A stretch of DNA of 62,480 nucleotides, filler included, from Candidatus Coatesbacteria bacterium (GCA_016927185.1; 4 parts of 4 records of this genome joined end to end with filler, not necessarily neighbours in it); one strand, 5' to 3'; counted from the whole stretch's first letter, positions 20,494 through 31,154 are shown. Notes: a model not told the origin generated them from the sequence alone. A program made the numbers and translations.

Positions 20494-21268
20494 AGCTTTA
20501 GAATGGAAAAAAAGTAACATTCCATTCATGCTTGTCTCAATAACTGAGATAAAAGGAGAAACACCAAGAGAACCTGGAACAAGCATGATTATAAACATAA
20601 ATGGCGAACAGGAAGGTACTATTGGTGGAGGAACCCTGGAGTTATTGGCAAGAGAAGCCTCCATGGAATTCCTGGCGAAAAATACATCCGGCAAAAAAAA
20701 GTTCGATTTGGGTTTTGGAAAGGGAACTGGAACAGACATGATTTGTGGCGGTTATGTCGAATGCTTCTTTCTATATTTTGGCTCATCGCCAATACTGGTC
20801 ATTGTGGGAGGAGGACATGTAGGACAGGCAGTGCATAGACAAGCAGACATTCTTGGGTATTCAGTAATCATTATTGATGACAGGGATATTACTGAAAATA
20901 ACCTGGCAGTAAAACCTCTCAAGCATATTAAGGAAAACTGGCAGGATTTCCTGATGAATGATCCCATAATTGATGAAAGCTATGTTGTAATAGCAACTAG
21001 AGGACATAAGCTTGATGAAGAAGCTCTTAAAATAATCCTTAAAAGAAATCCGCTTTATATAGGAATGATAGGTAGCAACAAGAAGGTAACAGACACAAAA
21101 AAGAATCTTATGAACATTGGCTATAAGGAAGAAGAAATGGAAAAAATTTTCGCCCCAATCGGTCTTGATTTAGGGGGAGGTTCTCCAGAAGAAATTGCTT
21201 TATCTATTTTGGCAGAAATACAAGTTGTCCGCAACAGGAAAACAGGTAAACACTTGAAAATAAAATGA
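20483..21268 (+). CDS. XdhC/CoxI-family molybdoenzyme maturation factor
   Basis: GETPREPG, GTIGGG, MICGG, GGGHVG, ATRGH..D, YIGMIGS, APIGLDLG..PEEIA. Confidence 0.92.
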   Translation: MLDKALEWKKSNIPFMLVSITEIKGETPREPGTSMIININGEQEGTIGGGTLELLAREASMEFLAKNTSGKKKFDLGFGKGTGTDMICGGYVECFFLYFGSSPILVIVGGGHVGQAVHRQADILGYSVIIIDDRDITENNLAVKPLKHIKENWQDFLMNDPIIDESYVVIATRGHKLDEEALKIILKRNPLYIGMIGSNKKVTDTKKNLMNIGYKEEEMEKIFAPIGLDLGGGSPEEIALSILAEIQVVRNRKTGKHLKIK

Positions 21269-23913
21269 CAGGCGTATTCTTATTGAATGGGACTCCGACA
21301 GCATATTTCGATGATGAAATGAATCTGCTTTATTTCATAAGAGAAATAGCAATGCTTAAAGGAACTAAACAAGGTTGTGATACTGGTGAATGCGGTGCCT
21401 GCACAATACTTGTTTCAGGAAAACCTCAACGAGCTTGCAAACTGAAGCTATCAGATGTCAATGGTCAATCGGTTACTACAATTGAAGGATTGAAACCGAT
21501 AACAAAGCTGCAACAAGTTCTCGCGGCAAAAGAAGTATTCCAGTGCGGACATTGTGCTTCAGGAACAATAATGGAGTTAACCTCACTTCTGGCACAGAAA
21601 CTGAGACCGACTCCCCAGGATATAGATAAAGTACTGAAAAACCACTTCTGTAGATGCACAGGTTATCTGCCAATAAAGAACGCTATCCTTGAGCTTCCTT
21701 ATATCGAGGATATGCCAAAGATTTCCCCGTATGAAATGGCGAAAGTTACAGGATTGCTTTTATATTCAGCCGATGTTGCTCCTCCACTGGCTCTTCATGT
21801 AGCCGTACTAAGAAGTCCAGTAGCAAGAGGGATTTTAAGAGGAATAAGAAAGGATTTAGCACTTTCAATACCAGGCGTAATGGATGTACTGACTTATAAG
21901 GATATTCCTGGAGAGAAATATTTCGGAAGATTGAAAATGGACAGGCCACTGCTGGTAGATAAGGAGATTAATTATGCAGGAGATGCATTAGCTCTTGTTA
22001 TTGCAAAAAACAGGGAAACTGCACGAATGGGCTGCAATGCTATTATCCCAGCAATAGAGCCCTTAGAGCCCTTATCCAACCCATTGCAAAGCGATAATAC
22101 TGATTATCAAGTTGCTGAAGAAAGATTCCTTGTTTATCCTCATCTTAAAGGTGACATTGGAGTTACAAAAGAGTATAAATTATCAATCAATTCCCAGATG
22201 GTTGATCATTTGACGCTGGAACTTGAATCTGCAGTAGCTTTCGAGAAGAATGGAATTCTAACTGTAATTGCCCCATCTCAAAATGTCTTTTTTGATCAGA
22301 TGCTTCTTTCCAAGATACTGAACAGAAAAAAAGATACTATTAGATTTAAACAGGTAGCTATTGGTGGAGCTTTTGGCAGGAGAGAAGATACAACAGCACC
22401 ATTTTTTGTGGCACTAGCTGCAGTGAAAACTGGAAGAATATGCAGGATGACTTACAGCAGAGCAGAGGAATTCAGGGTTAATACCAAGAGACATCCTTTT
22501 CATATGGACTTCACTGCAGGGGTGACTTTGAACGAAGTTAAATCACTTTCGGTAAATATAATGGCTGACACAGGACCCTATTTATCATGGGCACCAAATA
22601 TCCTCAGAAAAGCTGTTGTGCATGCTTCAGGACCTTATAGCTGGGAAAGAGTAAGGGTTGACGGGAAAATGATTTATTCAAATACTGCATTTTCAGGAGC
22701 ATTTCGTGGATTTGGTGCAACTCAAATGTGTCTTGGAACTGAAGTTTTCATCAATTACCTGGCTAAGGAACTTGGATATGATCCATTCGAATTCAGGATG
22801 AAATACAGACTTACCAGCAACAAGAGACATGCAACGGATCAAGTTCTTCCTGGTACAGATTCTTCTAAACTATGGACAGAAGGGGAAAACATATACAAAC
22901 ACTGGAAAGATGAGGTATCAGCAGAAAAAGACAGAGGTATAGGTGTGGCGTGGTGCCATTATGGTATTGGATATGGAGGAGGAATTCCTGATATTTCAAG
23001 CATAATCCTCGAAATTGATGAAACAGGAACACTAATAGTAAGATGCGGAATAGTAGATTTCGGTCAGGGCATACGATCAGTAATCCTGAATGAAATAGAG
23101 AAAAAAATCGGACTGAAAGCGGATCAAGTAAAGATAATTCTTGGGGATACGATGTATTGTCCTGATAGTGGCAGTTCAGTATCTTCAAGAGTGACAGTTG
23201 TTATTGTCAATGCACTCCTGAAAGCTCTTGTAGCTCTCCAGGAAATGGTATGCGAGTACTTCGGAAGAGGAAAACTACATGCAAGAGGTTTCCATGGAGA
23301 GACTGGGCTTAGATTGACATATGGACAGCTGGCATCAATAGCCAGGAAGAAAGGAGTGGTTTTGCGGGTGCAGAGACGTCATCAAATGAAAACTGACCTT
23401 ATTCCAACAAACACTTCTGAAGGAAAAGCTTATGCAAGATATACTTTCGGTCTTCAAATAGCTGATCTGAGTGTAAATCCTGAAAAGGGAAGAGTCACAG
23501 TGCACAGGATAGCTGCATTATATAGACTAGGTAAGATAGCATCTCCAGAGAAAGCATATGGCCAGATAACTGGTGGAATTGCAATGGGGCTTGGAATGGC
23601 ATTAAGAGAGCAGTTTTATGTTGATTCCAGCAATATCCCCATGACCACTCTTCTCAAGCAGCATGGATATATATATCCAGAAGAAATGCCAGATATTCAG
23701 GTTGTATTCGTGGATGATCCGCTTCCAAAAAATTTTGATGATCACGTTGGTCTTTCGGGAATTGGTGAACCTGCAATGCTTCCTACAGCTCCAGCAATAA
23801 TAAATGCAATTGAAGATGCATGCGGAATTCTAATAACAAATCCCCCAGCTACTCCAGATAAGATAAAAAGAGCGTTAAAAAGAAAGGATAAAAATGAGCA
23901 AGATAATTATTAA
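21265..23913 (+). CDS. Xanthine dehydrogenase/aldehyde oxidoreductase family: fused 2x[2Fe-2S] and molybdopterin-binding subunit
   Basis: GCDTGECGAC..C, QCGHC, CRCTGY; GGAFG, AFRGFG, DFGQG, GQITGG, GIGEP (catalytic Glu). Confidence 0.9.
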   Translation: MTGVFLLNGTPTAYFDDEMNLLYFIREIAMLKGTKQGCDTGECGACTILVSGKPQRACKLKLSDVNGQSVTTIEGLKPITKLQQVLAAKEVFQCGHCASGTIMELTSLLAQKLRPTPQDIDKVLKNHFCRCTGYLPIKNAILELPYIEDMPKISPYEMAKVTGLLLYSADVAPPLALHVAVLRSPVARGILRGIRKDLALSIPGVMDVLTYKDIPGEKYFGRLKMDRPLLVDKEINYAGDALALVIAKNRETARMGCNAIIPAIEPLEPLSNPLQSDNTDYQVAEERFLVYPHLKGDIGVTKEYKLSINSQMVDHLTLELESAVAFEKNGILTVIAPSQNVFFDQMLLSKILNRKKDTIRFKQVAIGGAFGRREDTTAPFFVALAAVKTGRICRMTYSRAEEFRVNTKRHPFHMDFTAGVTLNEVKSLSVNIMADTGPYLSWAPNILRKAVVHASGPYSWERVRVDGKMIYSNTAFSGAFRGFGATQMCLGTEVFINYLAKELGYDPFEFRMKYRLTSNKRHATDQVLPGTDSSKLWTEGENIYKHWKDEVSAEKDRGIGVAWCHYGIGYGGGIPDISSIILEIDETGTLIVRCGIVDFGQGIRSVILNEIEKKIGLKADQVKIILGDTMYCPDSGSSVSSRVTVVIVNALLKALVALQEMVCEYFGRGKLHARGFHGETGLRLTYGQLASIARKKGVVLRVQRRHQMKTDLIPTNTSEGKAYARYTFGLQIADLSVNPEKGRVTVHRIAALYRLGKIASPEKAYGQITGGIAMGLGMALREQFYVDSSNIPMTTLLKQHGYIYPEEMPDIQVVFVDDPLPKNFDDHVGLSGIGEPAMLPTAPAIINAIEDACGILITNPPATPDKIKRALKRKDKNEQDNY

Positions 23914-24277
23914 TTCGGAAAAAGCTCCCAAAGCAATAGGACCTTATAATCAGGCAATAGTATGTGATAATTTTGTTTTTTGTTCTGGGCAATTGCCTGT
24001 TATTCCAGCTACCGGTAATATGATTGAAGGTGGAATCAAAGAACAGACTGTTCAGGTATTGAAAAATATTGAAGCTGTACTGAGTGAAGTAAATCTCAAA
24101 CTTGAAAGTGTTATCCAGACAACAGTATATCTGGCAGATATGGCAGATTTCAGTTCATTCAATGAGATATTCGGAGAGTTTTTCAGCAAATCAAAACCGA
24201 CAAGAACAACTGTTGCAGTAAAAGCTCTGCCCAAGAATTCATTGATTGAGATAACAGCTGTAGCATACAAGGAATAA
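23894..24277 (+). CDS. RidA/YjgF family enamine/imine deaminase
   Basis: APKAIGPY, SGQ, PTRTT (catalytic Arg), LP...IEI. Confidence 0.93.
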   Translation: MSKIIINSEKAPKAIGPYNQAIVCDNFVFCSGQLPVIPATGNMIEGGIKEQTVQVLKNIEAVLSEVNLKLESVIQTTVYLADMADFSSFNEIFGEFFSKSKPTRTTVAVKALPKNSLIEITAVAYKE

Positions 24278-24279
24278 AC

Positions 24280-24744
24280 ATGCAAATAACCTGGAAATGC
24301 AAGATTTGCGGATTTGATTTCGGGAAAGCTAGTCCACCTACAAATTGCCCCTTGTGCAATGCAAATCCAAGAGATTTCAGACAATTCGTTAGCATGCCTG
24401 ATTCTGTTCAGATAAATCTCAAAGACCAATTTATAGGACCACACGGGATTGTTGATGTTAACAGCTTTCTTTGTGATTACAGGTATCTGTCTATTTTTGT
24501 TGTCAATCTACCAGTTGGCTGGAGGATTAACCTGCACAGGCATCCTATAAATGAAGAATTCTGCTTCATTGTGAAGGGACTTGTCTCATTCAATATAGGT
24601 GAAAAGCAGATTGAGGCAAAAGAAGGTGATCTTGTACAGATAAGCCTGTCCGTATTGCATGGATGGATAAATATTGGAAGCAGTGAAGCTGCTGTGCTAA
24701 GAATTCACAGCCCCAAACCTGTTCAGATACAGTTTCCTATTTAA
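24280..24744 (+). CDS. Rubredoxin-like domain fused to a cupin domain
   Basis: WKCKICG...PPTNCPLC, then LHRHPINEE...G...H cupin motifs. Confidence 0.82.
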   Translation: MQITWKCKICGFDFGKASPPTNCPLCNANPRDFRQFVSMPDSVQINLKDQFIGPHGIVDVNSFLCDYRYLSIFVVNLPVGWRINLHRHPINEEFCFIVKGLVSFNIGEKQIEAKEGDLVQISLSVLHGWINIGSSEAAVLRIHSPKPVQIQFPI

Positions 24745-26080
24745 CCTTCTTTTCAGGTGCTTTCATATAAAGATTAATCTTCTCGGCAGGATCTTCTTTT
24801 TTAATAGGTTCTGCTTTCTTCCAGTGCTCTATTTGTATCATGTCTTTCAGATATTCCTTCAATTTGTCCTGAATAACCTTGTCATTATCTTCAGTAAGCA
24901 AATCCAGAAAGAGATCAAGCTTCTGATAATAAAGCATATGCTCTCGTAGAACATCAATCGCAGCAAGCTTGACAAGCTGATTGCTGTTTCTTGTGTATTG
25001 CTTGATAATAGAAACAGACAAGGTATCAATAGCCATTCCTATGAATCTGATAGCTTTTGCTTGTGATTCAGGTTTCGTGGAATCAGGTAGTACTTTTTTT
25101 GCAATATCTACAAGCGGAAGTTTGTTTTTAGACTCTTTGAGTATGGCAAAAGCTACTCTATAAACAAGAGGATCATTGTCATTCAGGTAAATTTCAAGAA
25201 GCGCAGGATCATAATTCTCTCTGTTTTTATGAATAACATCAGCAATCCTGTAAACCCCTATTATTTCCTTGTCTTTCTCTTTTTCCATGAATTTTTGTAC
25301 AGTATGCCAAGCTTCTTCCTTTGGATCTTTTGCCAATCCAATTAGTGAATATGCTTTTATCTCAGGTTCGCTATCTTTCAAACCGCTATACAAAGCCTTC
25401 CTGAGATTTTCATCAAAAGGTGATTTTCTGTATAATACCTGGTAACTTCCAAGTCTTATTCTTGCATTTTCAGCATTAGTTGTCTTGATAAGCAGTGGGA
25501 TTGTTTCCTTACCCTGTCTTGACAATATTTCAATTACATATCCATATTTAGTAATCCTGTCAGTATCAAGGCTTTTTATGAGGAAAGGAACTGCATTGAC
25601 ACCATATTCTACAAGAGTCTGTTTCACTGCATCTCTTATTGAATCTATTTCAGTCTTTACAAGCAAAGCTACCAATTGAGGAACTCCTTCTTCAGGTTGA
25701 AGTTTACCAAGAAACCTTATATAAGTCACTCTTGTTGCTATGCTATATTCATCTTCTATTATTGCATTAAGAAGCAAAGGAGTTGAAATATCAGCATGTT
25801 TCAGCAATACTCTCTCTGCTTCCTCTTTTGTTGCTGTATCAGTTGAAGTAAGTTTAAGCATTGCAGTATCCACGGTCATTTCATAACAGGAAATCAGAGT
25901 CAGGATCACTGCAAAAAATGCAATTTTATATATTTGAGTAGATTTCCTCTTCTGTTCTTTAAAGGAAATTTCTCTACATAGCTGAGAAGATCCTGAAGTA
26001 TTATCTGCATCATCGGACCTTTTTCTATCCCCAATTTCAATAAATCCCTTCCATTTACTGCCAGATCTCTCAAATGGCAT
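24737..26080 (-). CDS. HEAT-repeat protein, probable lipoprotein (start uncertain)
   Basis: Repeated R..A...L/V..L...L helical pairs; hydrophobic stretch ending LISC; ATG 26080 has SD AAGGAGG but lies inside the upstream gene. Confidence 0.7.
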   Translation of the reverse strand: MPFERSGSKWKGFIEIGDRKRSDDADNTSGSSQLCREISFKEQKRKSTQIYKIAFFAVILTLISCYEMTVDTAMLKLTSTDTATKEEAERVLLKHADISTPLLLNAIIEDEYSIATRVTYIRFLGKLQPEEGVPQLVALLVKTEIDSIRDAVKQTLVEYGVNAVPFLIKSLDTDRITKYGYVIEILSRQGKETIPLLIKTTNAENARIRLGSYQVLYRKSPFDENLRKALYSGLKDSEPEIKAYSLIGLAKDPKEEAWHTVQKFMEKEKDKEIIGVYRIADVIHKNRENYDPALLEIYLNDNDPLVYRVAFAILKESKNKLPLVDIAKKVLPDSTKPESQAKAIRFIGMAIDTLSVSIIKQYTRNSNQLVKLAAIDVLREHMLYYQKLDLFLDLLTEDNDKVIQDKLKEYLKDMIQIEHWKKAEPIKKEDPAEKINLYMKAPEKKVK

Positions 26081-27282
26081 TTTCTTTCCTCCTTTTCAAT
26101 TTCCATTATAAATTCAATTAAATGCCTCGTTTCCTGCCTGATAGTATTGCTCTTATCAATTGCTTTTTCATCAGCAACCTTTAGAATGACGAATTGCTTC
26201 AAACTAGCTGGAAAAAGCCTCTCTCTAAGCCTTTTAATTGCGTTCAATTTCACATCAGGATTGATGTTAAACATATGCTCTCTTATTAAATTTGAAGCAG
26301 TTCTTGCATGAAGTGCTGAAAATCCAAGTTCCTTTAATCTTGAATATGCAAGTTTGGCTCCCATCTGATCATGCCCATAGAATATATAATCCTGCCTATC
26401 TTCATCGAATGATTTCGTTTCTGTCTTTGCTGCATCGTGTAATAGTGCAACAATTCTCAAGAAAGGCATTTTATATGAAATTCCCATAGCTGACTTTAAA
26501 GAATGTTCAGCTATATCATCCTCATGAAATGCATTCTGAGAAACTCCAATTGAGAGATGCAATTCCGGGATAAGATTTTCAAGAATCCCTGTTTGCTTAA
26601 GGAGTTCCCATGTTTTTCGAAGATCAGGTGATGAAAACATGAACAGTAACTCCCTTCTTAATAAAGTCTTTTCAATAGTCTTTATTTTAAATGAAGCTTC
26701 CATCATCAGTTTCATTAAGTCTTCGCTAAAAGACAGTCCAAGATTAGATGCATATGAAATCCCTCTTAGAATGGCAACTGGGTTTTCAAGAAAAGGATTA
26801 GTTTTACAACCTGGGAAAGTTTCCAGAAATCCTCTTCTTGCAGAATCCAGAGAATCAAAGGGATCATGAAGTCTTTTTCGGTATATATCAATACTCAGAT
26901 TTTCTATTGTGAATACTGCTTTTCTTAATCTTTTATTGAGTGAGCATCTTCTATCAATAAATTGAATTCCGCTTCTTATAAGCATCTGAAAATCCATGCT
27001 TCTTTTGGTTTCAGTATATTCTTTGGGAATTACTACTGAATGCATGTAATGATTTGTTTTTTTATGCCTTCTTGGGATAAGAAAGATGAAGGATGGAAAT
27101 GTTCCTCTGAAAAGCAAAGTCCTGTCTTCATGCAATATATCCTTTATCCCGAATTTTTCAGCATCATTCAATAAGCCTATACAAGCAATTCCTGACATAA
27201 ACAAGCTTTCATTAGGAAAACCGAACAAAATCCTCTTTATGAAATTTGGTATAATTACTTTCTGCATTCTAGTTTCCTGCAA
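25906..27282 (-). CDS. CCA-adding-enzyme-like protein with degenerate nucleotidyltransferase head and intact HD domain
   Basis: DPF, IPEL...GVSQNAFH, EHSL, LLHDAAK, FYGH..MGA, IREHM, tail LAVNGRDL..LG..GP. Confidence 0.75.
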   Translation of the reverse strand: MQETRMQKVIIPNFIKRILFGFPNESLFMSGIACIGLLNDAEKFGIKDILHEDRTLLFRGTFPSFIFLIPRRHKKTNHYMHSVVIPKEYTETKRSMDFQMLIRSGIQFIDRRCSLNKRLRKAVFTIENLSIDIYRKRLHDPFDSLDSARRGFLETFPGCKTNPFLENPVAILRGISYASNLGLSFSEDLMKLMMEASFKIKTIEKTLLRRELLFMFSSPDLRKTWELLKQTGILENLIPELHLSIGVSQNAFHEDDIAEHSLKSAMGISYKMPFLRIVALLHDAAKTETKSFDEDRQDYIFYGHDQMGAKLAYSRLKELGFSALHARTASNLIREHMFNINPDVKLNAIKRLRERLFPASLKQFVILKVADEKAIDKSNTIRQETRHLIEFIMEIEKEERKCHLRDLAVNGRDLLKLGIEKGPMMQIILQDLLSYVEKFPLKNRRGNLLKYIKLHFLQ

Positions 27283-28666
27283 ATATCAATCCATCTCCAT
27301 GAAAGAACACCTCAATGAAGCCTTGTCTTTCAAGATTGTTCTCTATTTCAATCCTTTTTTCTTCAAATCCTTTTACTTCCCGGAATACTTTTTCAATATA
27401 ATTACCTTTCATTATCCTTATGTAAGGTACTGGGTTTGAATTTCCATATGGCATGGAACAGACAAAGGAAGGTTTAATCTCAAGATATTCCTCTGGAGAC
27501 AGAATATATTCCGGCTCATTTCTGCTTGATTCGGGTATTTCCTTTTCAATTAGAATCTGATCACATACTTCCTTGAAATCCTTCTTCAAATTGTCTTTTA
27601 GAGAAAAACCAGCAGCATTCAAATGCCCACCATAGGAAGAGAAATGATCCCTGAACAATTCAAGAAAATCCGTGCAAGAAAAACCAGGCAAGCTCCTTAT
27701 TTCTCCCCTACCCTGCTTTCCAATAACAATAGATAATTTCCCATGCTTCCTGAGTAATCTGCTTGCAACAAGTCCCACTTTTTCAACTTCAAGTAACTCA
27801 AAGTCACCAATTATATAATTATCATGAATTTCAGCTATAGACATTATCTTCTCTATTTCTGTTTCCTGATCTTCTAATCCTTTTACTGCCATCGATATAA
27901 ATGAAAAATTATCAACAGGATTTTTAAGAAGATCGTATCCATAGTGTTTACCATCTGTTCCCCTTAGAAAATTGATTATTCTGATTGTTTGATACCATTT
28001 TTCTTGGAGGAGATTTTCCTCCAGTGCATTCCATATAATCGAATATATCTTTGGAAACAACAGGAAGCCATGATAAAGAATGCTTCTTGCAAGTCCAAGG
28101 TGTGGAATATAATCAGATTGAGTTCCCATTGCAGCCAGACATAGAATTTTCTCATAAAATGCTGGATTACAGATTGGTGCAACAATTATATAACACAATG
28201 CAGCTGCGCATTGGTTTTTCAGATAAAAATGCCCTTCAATCTGGGGATTATACAAAATATTCGCTTCTGGCAACTCCCTTCCTGGCATGTGATGATCTAT
28301 GAGTATTACAGAAATTCCTTTATTCCTTGCATAAGATATTCCATCAATAGATTTCAAGGCATTATCTGCTATTATCAATCTGGATATGCCTTGTGAAATC
28401 AGCAAATCAGCAATTTCTCTAGAAAAACCATAATTTACTTGCCTTCTGTCAGGTATATAAACCAGGCTTTTATCAAAAAAACATCTAAGAATCTCTGCTG
28501 AACAAATCCCATCCCCATCGTCATGAGTGAATATGCCTATTCTTTCACCACTATCTTTCCATTTCATAAGCTCATAACGTATTTCATACAGTTCATCTTT
28601 TAGCTCTTTGAAAAAAACTGTTGGAAATGGAGGGACAAGGACTTCTCTTCTGTTTTCTTTTTCCAT
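27269..28666 (-). CDS. RecJ-like DHH/DHHA1 phosphoesterase
   Basis: HDDGDG, YIPDR..YG, ADN, IDHH, GTQSD, GEIRS, GGH.NAAG, PYG..N. Start placed at ATG 28666. Confidence 0.8.
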   Translation of the reverse strand: MEKENRREVLVPPFPTVFFKELKDELYEIRYELMKWKDSGERIGIFTHDDGDGICSAEILRCFFDKSLVYIPDRRQVNYGFSREIADLLISQGISRLIIADNALKSIDGISYARNKGISVILIDHHMPGRELPEANILYNPQIEGHFYLKNQCAAALCYIIVAPICNPAFYEKILCLAAMGTQSDYIPHLGLARSILYHGFLLFPKIYSIIWNALEENLLQEKWYQTIRIINFLRGTDGKHYGYDLLKNPVDNFSFISMAVKGLEDQETEIEKIMSIAEIHDNYIIGDFELLEVEKVGLVASRLLRKHGKLSIVIGKQGRGEIRSLPGFSCTDFLELFRDHFSSYGGHLNAAGFSLKDNLKKDFKEVCDQILIEKEIPESSRNEPEYILSPEEYLEIKPSFVCSMPYGNSNPVPYIRIMKGNYIEKVFREVKGFEEKRIEIENNLERQGFIEVFFHGDGLIFAGN

Positions 28667-28770
28667 ATAGCCATACCTGCAGATTATTAAAAAATGAGCA
28701 AGTAAAACCATCCTTTATTAAGGGAAATACTTATCTTGACATAATATTGAATGATTTATTCAAGTAGATT

Positions 28771-30934
28771 ATGGCCAGATATAACAACTTTCTTCTGGAA
28801 AAAATGTCCTTTTATACTCAAAAAACTGCAGATTATCTTGAAAAGTATTTAAAAAAGCATGCTGGGAATGAATTCCATGACAGTATTTCGTTCTATCTAC
28901 AAGATACCATGAAAAATGTTGAAATAACTTCCAAAGAATTCATAGATAATCTTTCACAGGCTATTATATATATAGAATTAGACAGGTATCTTAATAAACC
29001 GGAAACTGATGAATTTGAACAGGGAAGCCTTCGCATTTTTTCCAGAAGTAAATATCCAGCTGGATTATGCAGACTACTTGATGCTTTCAAAGAAGAAATC
29101 AAGGAATGCAAATCAATGGAAATCGCTTATGATCAATTCTTATATGAGAAATTACTTGAAAAACTCTCTTCCTGCAAAAGAAAGAAAAGAGGAGTATATT
29201 TCACTCCTCATCAGGTGATCAGATACATTATAAAGGGAATCGATTATCTGTTGATAAATGAACTAGATATTAAGGAAGGACTAGCTGACTGCAGAAATCT
29301 ATTTTTTGATTTTGCAGCAGGAACAGGCAGCTTCCTTTCTGAGTTGGTTGGAAAATTGAAGAACAGGAATGTTTCAAGAGTTAATTTCATTGCATATGAA
29401 TCAATGCCAGCTTCTTTTTTTATTTCTGTTTATGAAATCAGTAAACTCTTGATAGATATGCAAACAGGTGAAGGATCAGGAATATATCTGAAAGATACAC
29501 TTGATGGAAAAAAAGAGAGGCTAAATCCTTTGAGAGATGATATACTGATTATTCTTGGTAATCCACCATATAATAACAAGTCAAAAAACCGCAATGAATG
29601 GATAAACAATCTGATTAAAGATTACAAACCTGATACTGAGAAGAAAATCAATCTCGATGATGATTATGTAAAATTCATAAGTTATATTCAATTCTGCATG
29701 AACAAGGCAAAGACAGGAATTGCCGGAATAGTTGTTAACAACACTTTTCTGTCTGGTGTCACTTTCAAGAAGATGAGAAAGCAACTCGCCCATTTTTATG
29801 ATACAATCTACATAATGAATCTGAAAGGAAATAACAGAAGCTTTAGAAATGCTAATGATGAGAATATATTCAATATAAAGTCAGGAGTTTGTATCGCTTT
29901 CTTCATAAAGAGCAAAAGCAACAAGAAGGGATTGTTTTATTCAGAACTTACCGGAGCAAGACAAAGTAAACTGGACTTTCTTGAAAACCATGGAATAGAA
30001 AATACAAAATGGGTTAAATTGAAGATTTCAAGACAATGTGAGAAAAAAATGGGCGAGAAAAACACTTTTGCAATCAATTCCTTCACATCCTTGTCAAAAC
30101 CCAGCATTATATCAGAATACAGTAAATATGATGCACTGGATAGCATTTTTAAAACTTATTGCAGTGGCATCCAGACTAAAAGAGATGCAATCGCGATACA
30201 ATATGAAAAAGAATCTCTTGTAAAAGTACTCATTGATATAATGAAATATGAAAGATCAGATTTTGCTTCAAGATACATACTGCCTCCAGATGGAAGAGAC
30301 TGGAAATACTCGTCAGTAAGGGAAAATCTCCTGAAAACAAATATAAGGAAAGACTTAATAACTATGGTATCATATAGACCTTTTGATTTCAGATATACTT
30401 ATCTTGAATCGAACTCTAAGAGATTTGTCGCTTATCCCAGATATAATGTAATGAAAAATTTCAAAAATAAGGATAATATTGGACTGGTATTCACAAGAAC
30501 ATTCTACGAAGCAGATGAATACAATTCAATATTTGTTTCAAAACATCCTGTAGATGGTGGATTTTTCTCAACATGGAGTTTTATTGCACCTCTTTTCATT
30601 ATTGACAATTCAACTAAATCTTCAAACATAAATGAGAATTTCAAAAACAGGTTAAACAAAGAATTCAAAAATGAGATAAATGATTATGAAATTTTTTCAT
30701 ATATTTATGCTATTCTTCATTCAAACAGATTCAGAAAGAAATTCTCTACACTTCTAAATCTATCATTTCCGAGAGTTTATTTCACCGAAGATTTTCACTT
30801 GTTCAAAGAAATCTCTTTGCAGGGATCATCTTTACTAAACAGTCACTTGTCAGAGAGTATAAAAAAGGAAAGCATAATAAGCCTGAATGGGGATTCAAAT
30901 TGCATATCTTTAGTAAGATACTGCAACAAGAAGC
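28771..30934 (+). CDS. N6-adenine DNA methyltransferase with Type ISP-like target-recognition region, 3'-truncated by contig end
   Basis: GVYFTP, FDFAAGTGSFL (motif I), ILGNPPY (motif IV), DDYVKFI, ENIFNI, YRPFD, YIYAILHS; frame runs into the N gap. Confidence 0.85.
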
Positions 30935-31034
30935 NNNNNNNNNNNNNNNNNNNNNNNNNNNNNNNNNNNNNNNNNNNNTTAATTAATTAANNNNNNNNNN
31001 NNNNNNNNNNNNNNNNNNNNNNNNNNNNNNNNNN
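30935..31034. other. Artificial contig-joining spacer
   Basis: N44-TTAATTAATTAA-N44, giving stops in all six frames; three identical copies in the window. Confidence 0.97.
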
Positions 31035-31154
31035 ATGTATTGTAAATAAAAAAACTATATAAAATAAATTTATTATAGAAAATTCCTTGACAAGATTGAT
31101 AGTCATTTAAAAAGTACTTTCGTTTTTATTCATACTTAAAAAAGGAAGAAAGTT

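Noticed and set aside
11433-23913. Selenoprotein or selenium link between the SelA-like gene and the Mo hydroxylase
   Set aside because: The Mo enzyme has no in-frame TGA, no selB/selC/selD or yqeB/yqeC genes were seen, and the two loci are in separate operons.
30935-31034. TTAATTAATTAA palindrome seen three times (also within 48788-48887 and 56686-56785)
   Set aside because: Always centred in identical N runs: an assembly linker. The LIN* end of the methyltransferase ORF is an artefact of it.
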